In this document: positions 10,270 through 20,000 of the stretch, piece by piece
Layout of the letters: the number at the start of each line of letters is the position of its first letter
How positions within the stretch are numbered: the stretch's first letter is position 1
Assembly (NCBI GenBank): GCA_963662585.1
Contig: OY759729.1
Span: forward strand, 2,816,001 to 2,880,000
Direction of reading: 5' to 3'
DNA: 64,000 nt
From: Candidatus Cloacimonadales bacterium
GTDB taxonomy: Bacteria; Cloacimonadota; Cloacimonadia; Cloacimonadales; JAFGVF01
Position numbers and translations under genes: made by a program
The notes under the pieces: generated by a model
Told to the model about the DNA's origin: nothing
Databases searched by the model: none
Seen by the model: the letters and a program-made list of their open reading frames with translations, nothing else

Positions 10270-10705
10270 TAAAGAAGTAAGATTTATCAGAATAGCTTCC
10301 AGTGTTTCAATGCTTACCTTAGAACATGCTGAAGTAGATTATTCTCCTCATAAGAAGTACTTGATTGATAAGACTAATGCCTATGATCCTACTATAACGA
10401 TCAGGAGAGAGCCTTATTATGAAGATAGCTTTAAAGTTGATGCTATCCTAAATACTGATCAATATAACGAGCTTAAGGACTACCTGATGGAAGAAGGTAA
10501 GCTTTATATTGAATATTATGATGAAACTGGTAAGAAGCAATTCCCTGTGATTATAGAGAAATACCCTAGTCAGGTTGATGACTTAAGATACTTTACTGAA
10601 GTAACAAGAATTGAATTAAAAGCAATATATAAAGAACTATCTCCAATTAACTATGATGAGGCTCCTGGATGGGGTAACTCATGGGGTTTAAGCTGGGGAT
10701 ACTAA
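10262..10705 (+). CDS. Phage tail protein (distal-tail-like)
   Basis: Translationally coupled 147-aa ORF ending GWGNSWGLSWGY. Confidence 0.45.
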   Translation: MYNKEVRFIRIASSVSMLTLEHAEVDYSPHKKYLIDKTNAYDPTITIRREPYYEDSFKVDAILNTDQYNELKDYLMEEGKLYIEYYDETGKKQFPVIIEKYPSQVDDLRYFTEVTRIELKAIYKELSPINYDEAPGWGNSWGLSWGY

Positions 10706-10717
10706 AAGGAGGATAAT

Positions 10718-11446
10718 ATGACTGAGACAACTAATTATGGTTTAAAAAAGCCTGCTGAAGGCTCTTCTGGTTGGTCTGATGATGTGAATAATAACTTTGA
10801 TGTAATCGATAATAAAATGAAAGCTAATGAAGGGATTGGAGAGACTTTAAGTGAGCATTTATCAGGTACTCCAGGTAAGCATACTGCAGAGCAAATAGAT
10901 TCTCAAACTGCTGATGCATTGGTAAATGGTAGTTTGGAAAATCTGCTACTAGCTATTGTAGGGACTACTAATCCTAGTGAGTTTACTAAAAGCTTGAATG
11001 ATTTGAGGATTCATTTATTAAATGGTGGGCACTGGGCTAATAAAATATCATGTGGTTTTGCTTATCGAGGAGCTAGTGATGTAAATACTGCTTTAGACAA
11101 GATATTTGACAAACATCCTTATATGTATTCATTTAGGCATATTGCCGATAGTTCTTCTGTTGATATATTAGAATCAGTATTGCAGTCTTATGCCTCTTTA
11201 CAGCCTGACCTACACGGGGCTGTTTCAACTGAATTAGCAATTCAAATTCTTAAAGATGAAGGAGACTTCTATGTTCAAGAAAACACCATCACTACTAAGA
11301 TATATAAGAAAATAGAAGACTATGCTGGTATTACTAAAGAGCATTTGGATAAGATTAATATAGGTGGTTTGACTGTTGGTTCTACCTATAAGATCATAAT
11401 ATGGTTTAAGAGAGTTGATGCATCTGGACCTGAAGATCCATTATAG
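10718..11446 (+). CDS. Tail fibre / receptor-binding-associated protein
   Basis: N-terminus TTNYGLKKP...VNNNFDVIDNKM resembles tail-fibre anchor segments; last gene of the module. Confidence 0.55.
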   Translation: MTETTNYGLKKPAEGSSGWSDDVNNNFDVIDNKMKANEGIGETLSEHLSGTPGKHTAEQIDSQTADALVNGSLENLLLAIVGTTNPSEFTKSLNDLRIHLLNGGHWANKISCGFAYRGASDVNTALDKIFDKHPYMYSFRHIADSSSVDILESVLQSYASLQPDLHGAVSTELAIQILKDEGDFYVQENTITTKIYKKIEDYAGITKEHLDKINIGGLTVGSTYKIIIWFKRVDASGPEDPL

Positions 11447-11469
11447 GAGAGATAAAACGCTTTTGCAAA

Positions 11470-11591
11470 GTGGCAATGTTGCTGTCACTTTTGAAAATGC
11501 GTTATTTTATTATTTAATAGTTAGTTATGTATAAAAGCTGTCGAAATTGTGGCAATGTTGGTGTCATAAATTGGCAAAATAGGTGTCACTT
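11470..11591 (+). repeat. Three imperfect 21-bp direct repeats at the prophage end
   Basis: gtggcaatgttgctgtcactt (11470), gtggcaatgttggtgtcataa (11549), ttggcaaaataggtgtcactt (11571). Confidence 0.75.
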
Positions 11592-11801
11592 TATAATTGA
11601 TTCTCTTTTTTTAGTTTTTCTAGCTCTTTAATATTTGAGTTATCTGACATAATTAATAAAATTTTGCTTTAATAAGTAGTTCTGAATGTTCATAAATATC
11701 CCTTTTTATTATTTATAAAAAAGCCTAAGCAGCAATAATAAAATCAATTACTCCATTATTGATCTGTAAAGAAGAATAGTAAAGAGAAATTTATAAAAAA
11801 G

Positions 11802-11849
11802 TTGTACTCCCGGCACGATTCGAACGCGCGACCTTCTTCTTAGGAGGGA
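11802..11849 (-). other. att site: displaced, diverged 3' half of tRNA-Arg(CCT)
   Basis: 40/48 identical to 26093-26140; shared core cttaggaggga at 11839-11849 and 26130-26140. Confidence 0.85.
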
Positions 11850-12488
11850 GTGACTAAATGTTAAATTACTGTTTAATAGATATTTATGATAGTTACAAAT
11901 TACTTGCATGACAAATGCATGACAGAAAATATGGTGTAATTTATCTTATCAGAGGAAGGTATGGCAGTGTTATTTTTATAAATTTATCATTACATACTAA
12001 TGCTAATAAAAGATATTCATCTATGATATAGGTGTTTTTGTCAAATATACGAGCTTTTCTATCCAAAACAAAGTTTGTATGAGCTTATTGCACAAATCCA
12101 TCGATAAGGAGTAGATTTGTAGCTATTTGGTAGATGTTGTATATAATCACTATATTCAACAATATACAAAACCTATCTTATGTTATGGGTTAAGTTTAAA
12201 TCGATAAAATCTCCACTACTCCACTGTATATATTTTATCTGAGTTTTGAAGGGCTAGAAAAGTTTTTGACTGAGTTTTTGTAAAGTATTTTAAGATAATT
12301 TGGCTGCACAAAAGATAAACAACAAAAAGTTATATTTTTACTTGACATATTAAGATAATATTGCAAATTTTAAACAATTAATTCTCATGGAGAATAATAA
12401 TCAACTTCTGATGACTCCCTAATAGTTGTTAATGGTGATAAGTAAGCTAGTAATGCTTTAGAGATTAATTAGAAGAATAGGAGAAGTT

Positions 12489-14060
12489 ATGGCTAAAACC
12501 AAAGAAATTAAAGAAGAACCATTAGAAAAACAATTATGGAAATCTGCAGATAAACTAAGAAAGAATATTGATGCTGCAGAATATAAGCATGTTGTTCTTG
12601 GTCTTGTCTTTTTAAAATATATATCAGATGCTTTTGAAGAGTTATATGAAAAATTAGTTACTGGTCAAGGTGAATTCGACGGAGCTGATCCTGAAGATAG
12701 AGATGAATACAAAGCTGAGAATGTCTTTTTTGTTCCAAGTATGGCAAGGTGGAGTCATCTTCAGGCAAGTGCTAAATTACCAAGCATCGGTAAGATTGTT
12801 GATGAAGCTATGGATGCTATTGAAAAAGAGAATCCATCCCTCAAAGGTGTTCTACCTAAGGTTTATGCCAGACAAAACCTCGATCCCACAAGTCTCGGAG
12901 AGCTTATAGATTTAATCGGAAATATAGCTCTAGGTACTGCTAAGGCACGCAGTGCTGACCTACTTGGTCATGTCTTTGAATATTTCTTAGGTGAATTTGC
13001 TTTAGCTGAAGGTAAAAAGGGCGGACAATTCTATACTCCTCGAAGTGTGGTTGAGCTTCTGGTTGAAATGCTTGAACCTTACAAAGGTAGAGTCTTTGAC
13101 CCTTGCTGTGGCTCTGGTGGGATGTTTGTTCAATCAGAAAAGTTTGTAGCTCAAAGACAAGGCAGAGTTAATGACCTTTCAATCTATGGACAAGAGAGTA
13201 ATCAAACCACCTGGCGACTATGTAAAATGAACCTCGCTATTAGAGGAATTGATAGCTCTCAAGTAAAATGGAACAATGAAGGTTCTTTCCTTAATGATGC
13301 TCATAAAGATTTAAAAGCTGACTATATTATAGCTAATCCTCCTTTTAATGTTAGTGATTGGAGTGGAGAACTACTTAGTCAAGATGGACGCTGGAAATAT
13401 GGCACACCACCTGCAGGAAATGCCAATTATGCTTGGATTCAACACTTTATTTATCATCTTGCTCCAAATGGCTTAGCAGGCTTTGTTCTTGCTAAAGGCT
13501 CTCTTACTTCCAAAACTACTGGAGAAGGTGATATTCGCAAAGAACTTATTGAAGCTGGTCTAATAGATTGTGTGGTTAACTTGCCTGCAAAACTATTTCT
13601 TAATACTCAGATACCTGCTTCACTATGGTTTGTGAGAAGAAATAGAAAGCACAGAGAAAATGAAATCCTCTTTATAGATGCTCGTAATATGGGATATCTA
13701 ATCAATCGGAGAACTAAAGAACTATCACAGGAAGATATTCAAGAAATAGCTGATACTTATAGGAAATGGAAGAGGACCACCCCGTCAGTGGAATACACTG
13801 CCACCCCTCCGCAGGAGGGGAATTACTGCGATATCAAAGGTTTCTGTAAATCTGCAAGCATAGATGAAGTAAGAGAGCTTGATTATGTTCTCACTCCTGG
13901 GCGTTATGTTGGACTTGCTGAAGAGGAAGATGATTTTGATTTTGAAGAGAAATTTACCAAACTAAAAGCTGAGTTTGAAGAGCAATTAAAAGAAGAAGCT
14001 GAACTAAACAAGAGAATCTTAGAGAATTTGGCTAAAGTTAAGATGCCAGAGGATGATTAG
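12489..14060 (+). CDS. hsdM: Type I R-M methyltransferase subunit
   Basis: [23 protein letters not shown] and NPPF motifs; 16-aa REP-derived insert [16 protein letters not shown]. Confidence 0.97.
   Translation: MAKTKEIKEEPLEKQLWKSADKLRKNIDAAEYKHVVLGLVFLKYISDAFEELYEKLVTGQGEFDGADPEDRDEYKAENVFFVPSMARWSHLQASAKLPSIGKIVDEAMDAIEKENPSLKGVLPKVYARQNLDPTSLGELIDLIGNIALGTAKARSADLLGHVFEYFLGEFALAEGKKGGQFYTPRSVVELLVEMLEPYKGRVFDPCCGSGGMFVQSEKFVAQRQGRVNDLSIYGQESNQTTWRLCKMNLAIRGIDSSQVKWNNEGSFLNDAHKDLKADYIIANPPFNVSDWSGELLSQDGRWKYGTPPAGNANYAWIQHFIYHLAPNGLAGFVLAKGSLTSKTTGEGDIRKELIEAGLIDCVVNLPAKLFLNTQIPASLWFVRRNRKHRENEILFIDARNMGYLINRRTKELSQEDIQEIADTYRKWKRTTPSVEYTATPPQEGNYCDIKGFCKSASIDEVRELDYVLTPGRYVGLAEEEDDFDFEEKFTKLKAEFEEQLKEEAELNKRILENLAKVKMPEDD
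13776..13823 (+). repeat. 48-bp double-hairpin REP-like unit inserted in frame in hsdM
   Basis: accaccccgt-cagtg-gaata-cactg-cca-cccctcc-gca-ggagggg-aat, nearly identical to 18525-18572. Confidence 0.92.
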
Positions 14061-15159
14061 AATGAGTGAATGGAAAGATGCTAGATTGGGAGAATTTGCA
14101 GAAATTAACATGGGGCAATCACCTAAATCAGAATTTTATAATAGTACTGGTGAAGGATTACCATTCTTACAAGGGAATAGAACTTTTGGATTTAGAAATC
14201 CTAAAATTGATACATTTTGTACAGACTGCAAAAAAATAGCAGAAAAGAATAGTATTTTGTTTAGCGTTAGAGCACCTGTTGGTGATACAAATATTGCTCA
14301 CACTAAAATATGCATAGGTAGAGGATTAGCTTCGTTAAATGCATATAACAAAGAAAACAATTATTTGTTTTATCTATTAATTTTCTTAAAAGAAATAATC
14401 GTAAATTCAGAAACTGGATCTGTGTTTGGTTCAATAAATAAAACAGATTTACATAATATCCCCTTTAGGCGTCCTCCCCTCCCCGAGCAAAAAGCCATAG
14501 CAGAAGTACTATCCAGTCTTGATGATAAGATAGACTTACTTGGCAGACAAAACAAAACTTTAGAAGAGATGGCTGAAACACTATTTATACAGTGGTTTAT
14601 TGAAGAGAGAGATGAGAGTTGGGAGGAGGTAGTTTTAGGAGCTGCCATTCAACCTAAGAAAGGAAAAAACATCACTAAAACAGATGCTATTGACGGACCA
14701 TATCCAGTAATAGCTGGAGGATTAAGCCCATCTTGTTTTCATATTAAATCGAATACTTTAGCACCAGTAATTACTATTAGTGCCTCTGGAGCAAATGCAG
14801 GTTATGTACAATTACATCATACTCCTGTTTGGTCTTCAGACTCATCATATATTGATAATAATATAACAAGATATGTTTATTTCCATTATGTTTTCTTAAA
14901 AATCAATCAAGGACTGATATTCGATAAGCAGGAAGGTAGTGCACAACCACATATTTATCCAAAACATATAATGGAACTTGAATATGTTAATGTCCCTGAA
15001 AATTTACTTTTAGAGTATGAAAATATTGTTTCTAACTACTTCAGTAAAATCAAAGTTAATATAAAACAAATCAATACCTTAGAAAACATGAGAGATAACT
15101 TATTACCTAAATTGATGAGTGGAGAGGTGAGGATTAAAAATGCAATAACAGGAGTTTAA
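14053..15159 (+). CDS. hsdS: Type I R-M specificity subunit
   Basis: Two target-recognition domains; [20 protein letters not shown] and [12 protein letters not shown] conserved regions (start may be 14062). Confidence 0.95.
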   Translation: MIRMSEWKDARLGEFAEINMGQSPKSEFYNSTGEGLPFLQGNRTFGFRNPKIDTFCTDCKKIAEKNSILFSVRAPVGDTNIAHTKICIGRGLASLNAYNKENNYLFYLLIFLKEIIVNSETGSVFGSINKTDLHNIPFRRPPLPEQKAIAEVLSSLDDKIDLLGRQNKTLEEMAETLFIQWFIEERDESWEEVVLGAAIQPKKGKNITKTDAIDGPYPVIAGGLSPSCFHIKSNTLAPVITISASGANAGYVQLHHTPVWSSDSSYIDNNITRYVYFHYVFLKINQGLIFDKQEGSAQPHIYPKHIMELEYVNVPENLLLEYENIVSNYFSKIKVNIKQINTLENMRDNLLPKLMSGEVRIKNAITGV

Positions 15160-15160
15160 C

Positions 15161-15376
15161 ATGGAAAGATATAAAAATCTAAGTGGTAAATCCCCAATAA
15201 CACATTATCAGATAGAAGATGATCGGATTATTGTACAATTCGATACAGGAAAATCATATTCATACAGTTATCGCAAAGCTGGAAGAAATAATGTTGAACT
15301 TATGAAAGTACTAGCTCGAAAAGGGAAAGGACTAAGTGCTTATATAACAAGAAATGTTAGATATCTTTATGACTAA
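15161..15376 (+). CDS. Small basic protein, KTSC-like
   Basis: 71 aa; S.I..Y......I.V.F..G..Y.Y pattern and G...YI C-terminus resemble KTSC-type domains. Confidence 0.5.
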   Translation: MERYKNLSGKSPITHYQIEDDRIIVQFDTGKSYSYSYRKAGRNNVELMKVLARKGKGLSAYITRNVRYLYD

Positions 15377-15459
15377 TTTAAAGGTGGTAATATATTTAGC
15401 AATTTTTTACTAAATAAAAAAATGGCAGAAAAAAATGTTTAAAATTAAAAGGGGAAACA

Positions 15460-16056
15460 ATGATACGAAAAATAGGTATGTTCTTTCTATCATTATGGTT
15501 ATTATTTTTTTTGATAATTATTATAACAATACAAATACCTACTTATTTTGGTAAAGATTGGGTATTTGTTGGTGTTAGTAATTTATTGACTGATAATATG
15601 ATTCCAATTGTCTGCATATTTGCTTTAATAGCTGGGAGTATTTCTTATTTAGATTTTATCTTTCAGAGTAAAGGATCAAGGCAATTTCCATTCAAAATTT
15701 CTAAAGTAGAAAAAATTGATTATGAACATTTGACTTTTTTGACTACCTACATAGTTCCTTTAGTATGTTTTAAATTTGATAGCTTTCGGTACTTAGCCGT
15801 ATTCTTCATTATTCTATTAGTTATAGGAATTATATATATAAGGACAGATTTGTTTTATGCAAATCCAACATTAGCTATATTAAAATATAAAATATACAGA
15901 ATTAATGGGGATTTCAGAAATGGCAAATCAAGAGAAAATATTATATTGATAAGCAAATCTTATATAAAAGAAGGGGATATGGTGCAATATAAAAAACTAG
16001 ACGAACGAATTTACTATGCATTTAAGGAGGATGATAATGCAAAAGATAGACCTTGA
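15460..16056 (+). CDS. kwaA: Kiwa anti-phage membrane protein KwaA
   Basis: About 4 transmembrane helices; FLTTYIVPL and YANPTL...Y.IY motifs; paired with a KwaB-like gene. Confidence 0.8.
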   Translation: MIRKIGMFFLSLWLLFFLIIIITIQIPTYFGKDWVFVGVSNLLTDNMIPIVCIFALIAGSISYLDFIFQSKGSRQFPFKISKVEKIDYEHLTFLTTYIVPLVCFKFDSFRYLAVFFIILLVIGIIYIRTDLFYANPTLAILKYKIYRINGDFRNGKSRENIILISKSYIKEGDMVQYKKLDERIYYAFKEDDNAKDRP

Positions 16057-16996
16057 TAATTCACTTAAATTTCTTTTCACACACACCGACAAAGTTAAAG
16101 TCCTAGTCTATGCTCTTTTTCAAGGGAAAGATGAACCCGTACTCTTAGATATTAAAAATGAAGAACTACCCGCAATCAAAAAAATGTTTGTTGAATCAAT
16201 AGAAACTAATATTATAAACAAAAAAGATTACAAAATCTTAGATATCTCTTCAGCAGATGATAGAAATAAATGTTTTTATCATTATGATCTTGAAATTCCT
16301 CAAGAATTAAAAAACCTAGAAAAAATTACAAAAGAAGATACTTTCCAAACCTTCAGTTTTATAAATGACAAATTAGATATGATTGATGCTTTGCTTATTG
16401 CTTTCACATATAACGATAACGAAGTTTCTTTATACAAAAAGTTATCATCTATTGAAGTGATTGGTAGAGGAGGTTATATTCTAAAAAAAGCTACTCAAAG
16501 ATTTGAACGATTTGAAGATCAAATGCTAAGAATTAGTCCAAACTTTCAAATTATAAGAATAAATAAAGATTATATTATAACAAAAATTGAGACCTTGGAG
16601 AGATTTTTTGGTTTCTTAGAGGTAATACAAAAAGAAGCTGCTTTAAGTATCAGTTCAATTGAGAGAATGTCAATAGTTGCTGATATTGAAAGCTTTAACG
16701 ATCTTATCAGCGATGTTTCTTTTGCACGAAAACTAACAAAAATAGCAAAAGATTCTCCAGTAATAAAAAAACAGATACCAAATAATATTATAATTAAATT
16801 CTCTAAATCACATCCAGCCACAAAAAGCTTAAAACTTAATGATGATAAAACAAAATTTAATTTAAATTCAAAAGCTTCAAAAGTATTGTTTTTGAAAATT
16901 TTAAATGATGATTTATTAACTTCAGAGCTTACTCAACTGCATTATGATAGTTTAGCAAAAGATGGTTTTGAAGAAGAGTTAACTCCTAAAGTTTGA
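16037..16996 (+). CDS. kwaB: Kiwa anti-phage protein KwaB (DUF4868)
   Basis: ADDR, LERFFGF, FARKL and ILNDDLLTSELT motifs; AGGAGG RBS at 16025. Confidence 0.8.
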   Translation: MQKIDLDNSLKFLFTHTDKVKVLVYALFQGKDEPVLLDIKNEELPAIKKMFVESIETNIINKKDYKILDISSADDRNKCFYHYDLEIPQELKNLEKITKEDTFQTFSFINDKLDMIDALLIAFTYNDNEVSLYKKLSSIEVIGRGGYILKKATQRFERFEDQMLRISPNFQIIRINKDYIITKIETLERFFGFLEVIQKEAALSISSIERMSIVADIESFNDLISDVSFARKLTKIAKDSPVIKKQIPNNIIIKFSKSHPATKSLKLNDDKTKFNLNSKASKVLFLKILNDDLLTSELTQLHYDSLAKDGFEEELTPKV

Positions 16997-17009
16997 TAAA
17001 GAGAGTAAA

Positions 17010-20000
17010 ATGCCTAAACTAACCGAATCCACCATAGAATCCTTTGCCATAGAGCTCTTAGAAGTCTTAGGCTACCACTATATCTATGCACCTAATATTT
17101 CTCATGATTCAGACAATCCTGAGCGAAGCTCTTATGAAGAAGTTTTACTTATTAATAGATTAAGAGAGGCAGTAAGGAGAATTAACCCTGATACACCTTC
17201 TGAAGTTCAAGAAGAGGCTATTAAAGAGCTGCAGAGGATTGGTTCACCTGACCTAATTACTAATAATGAGCATTTCCATAGAATGTTGACTGAGGGAATC
17301 AAGGTAACTTATCAGAGGGATAATCATCCCAGAGGTGATTTAGTCTGGCTAATAGACTTTTCTAATCCTGAAAATAATGATTTTGTGGTAGCTAATCAAT
17401 TCACAGTTATAGAAAATGGGATTAATAAAAGACCTGATCTAATTCTTTTTGTGAATGGACTTCCTTTAGTGGTTATTGAACTCAAGAATCCAACTGATGA
17501 AAATACAACAGTTAGGTCGGCATACCGACAACTACAGACTTATAAAAGCTCTATACCTAGCCTTTTTATCTATAATGGATTTATGATAGCTTCTGATGGT
17601 TTGGAAGCTAAGGCAGGTTCTCTTTCAGCAGGTTTTACCCGTTTCATGGCATGGAAGTCTGCAGATGGAAAAGAGGAGGCTTCTAATTTGGTTAGTCAGT
17701 TGGAAGTTCTTATCAAAGGAATGCTCAATAAGGAAACTTTGTTAGATTTAATAAGACATTTTATTGTATTTGAGAAGTCTAAGAAAGAAGATGTTAAAAC
17801 TGGCATTACTACAATTACAAGTGTAAAGAAGCTAGCTGCTTATCATCAATATTATGCTGTTAATCGAGCTGTGGAATCAACTTTGAGGGCGACTGGCTTT
17901 AATTCCCCTCCTGAGGAGGGGTGGCATTCGAAGAATGACGGGGTGGTCAATTCCCCTCCTGCGGAGGGGTGGCAACGTACGTTGACGGGGTGGTATTATT
18001 ACGACCCAAGAACCGAAGAACCACCTCCCCTCTCCGAGGTACTCCTCCACAAGAGGAGAATTAATCCTCTTCTCTCCGAAGAACAAACACCTTACATAAA
18101 GAGATCTTTCTCAAATTTCAGGAACTTACCTTATAATCCTAAGCTAAAAGAGAGAGCTAAGGAGTTAAGAAAATCAGGGAACTTACCAGAAGTAATATTT
18201 TGGAAGAGAGTAAAAAATAAAAAGTTTAAAGGTCTAGACTTTGATAGACAAAAGATAATCGGTAACTATATTGTAGATTTTTATTGTAGTAGTCATGGCG
18301 TAGTTATTGAAATTGATGGTAGTAGTCATAATGATGATAAATATGAATATGATAAGGCAAGAGATGAATATTTAATCTCTTTAGGATTAGAAGTTATTCA
18401 TATTACGGCTAAAGATGTTTTTCAGAATATGAGGTTGGTAATGGAGATGCTGGATAGTCATCCAGTGTTTGAAGAGACCACCCCGTCTCGGGAATATCGA
18501 GCCACCCCTCCGAGGGAGGAGAATACCACCCCGTCAGTGAAATACACTGCCACCCCTCCACAGGAGGGGAATACCACCCCGACTCGGGAATACCGAGCCA
18601 CCCCTCCACGGGAGGGGAATTGGTGGGAGGAATCTCCTGATAGTTACGGGGTTGTGGGAGTAAATCAACAACCTGTAGGAGATAGAAAAGGTGGAGTAGT
18701 CTGGCACACTCAAGGTTCTGGTAAATCTCTTTCCATGGTATTTTATACAGGAAAGATAGTTCTAGCCTTAAACAACCCAACTATTCTAATAATAACAGAT
18801 AGAAATGATCTGGATGATCAGCTCTTTGATACCTTTGCTTCTTGCACTCAGTTATTGCGACAAGTTCCCAAGCAGGCAGATAATAGACAAGAGTTAAAAG
18901 ACTTGTTAAAAGTTGCTTCAGGTGGTGTAATCTTTTCTACTATTCAGAAGTTTCAACCTGATGAGGGTAATATCTATGAAACATTATCAGAAAGAGAGAA
19001 TATAGTTGTAATTGCTGATGAAGCACACAGAACTCAGTATGGATTTAAACCCAAAACAATAGATGATAAAGACTCTGCAGGTAATGTAATAGGTAAAAAG
19101 ATTGTCTATGGCTTTGCTAAATATATGCGTGATGCCTTACCAAATGCTACCTACTTAGGTTTTACAGGAACTCCGATTGAAAGTACTGATGTTAATACTC
19201 CTGCTGTCTTTGGTAATTACATTGATGTTTATGATATTGCTCAAGCTGTAGAAGATGGGGCAACAGTTAAAATCTATTATGAAAGTAGATTAGCTAAGGT
19301 AGCTCTTACCGAAGAAGGTAAAAAGTTGATTGCTGAAGTTGATGCAGAATTAGCAGATTATAACAAGAGTGACCAACTAAAAGCTAAATGGACTACTTTA
19401 GAGGCATTAATAGGTAGTGAAAACCGAATAAAGAAGATTGCTAAAGATATCATCTCACATTTTGAACAAAGACAGGAAGTCTTTTCAGGTAAAGCAATGG
19501 TGGTTAGTATGTCTCGGAGAATTGCAGCTGAACTCTATGAAGAGATAGTCGCTCTAAAACCTGACTGGCATTCTGATGATTTAACTAAAGGTTCTATCAA
19601 AGTTGTTATGACTTCTGCTTCTTCTGATGGTCCAACTATAGCAAAACACCATACCACTAAACAGCAAAGAAAGGCTTTGGCAGATAGAATGCGAGATCCT
19701 AATGATTCCTTAAAGATGGTTATAGTCAGAGATATGTGGTTAACTGGATTTGATGTTCCTTGTCTGCATACCCTCTATATAGATAAACCGATGAAAGGGC
19801 ATAACCTCATGCAGGCTATAGCTCGAGTTAACAGAGTCTATCACGATAAGCCAGGTGGTTTAATAGTAGATTATCTGGGAATTGCAGCAGATTTAAAGAA
19901 AGCACTTTCCTTCTATTCAGATGCAGGTGGAAAGGGTGATCCAACTATCTTACAAGAGCAAGCAGTTTACTTAATGTTAGAAAAACTGGAAGTTGTATCT

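Larger units (their letters stand above)
1..11591 (+). mobile_element. Prophage, structural (late) module; left part lies outside the window
   Basis: Co-oriented portal, protease/capsid, tail tube, holin-like, Dam, chaperone, tape-measure and tail-tip genes; ends at three imperfect direct repeats at 11470-11591. Confidence 0.88.

Noticed and set aside
11802..11849. Second functional tRNA
   Set aside because: Only the anticodon loop to 3' end is present; no D-arm or 5' acceptor strand, and CCA is altered.
18477..18620. Mini-CRISPR (constant repeat with variable spacers) next to a nuclease
   Set aside because: The variable parts are only ~15 nt, self-complementary and shared between copies; no cas genes or leader.
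17901..18620. Intein in HsdR
   Set aside because: No HINT-domain motifs, no N-terminal Cys/Ser block and no His-Asn followed by Cys/Ser/Thr; the flanks are translated DNA palindromes.
17877..18780. Antisense ORFs 17877-18086 and 18409-18780
   Set aside because: By-products of the stop-poor GC-rich repeats opposite hsdR.
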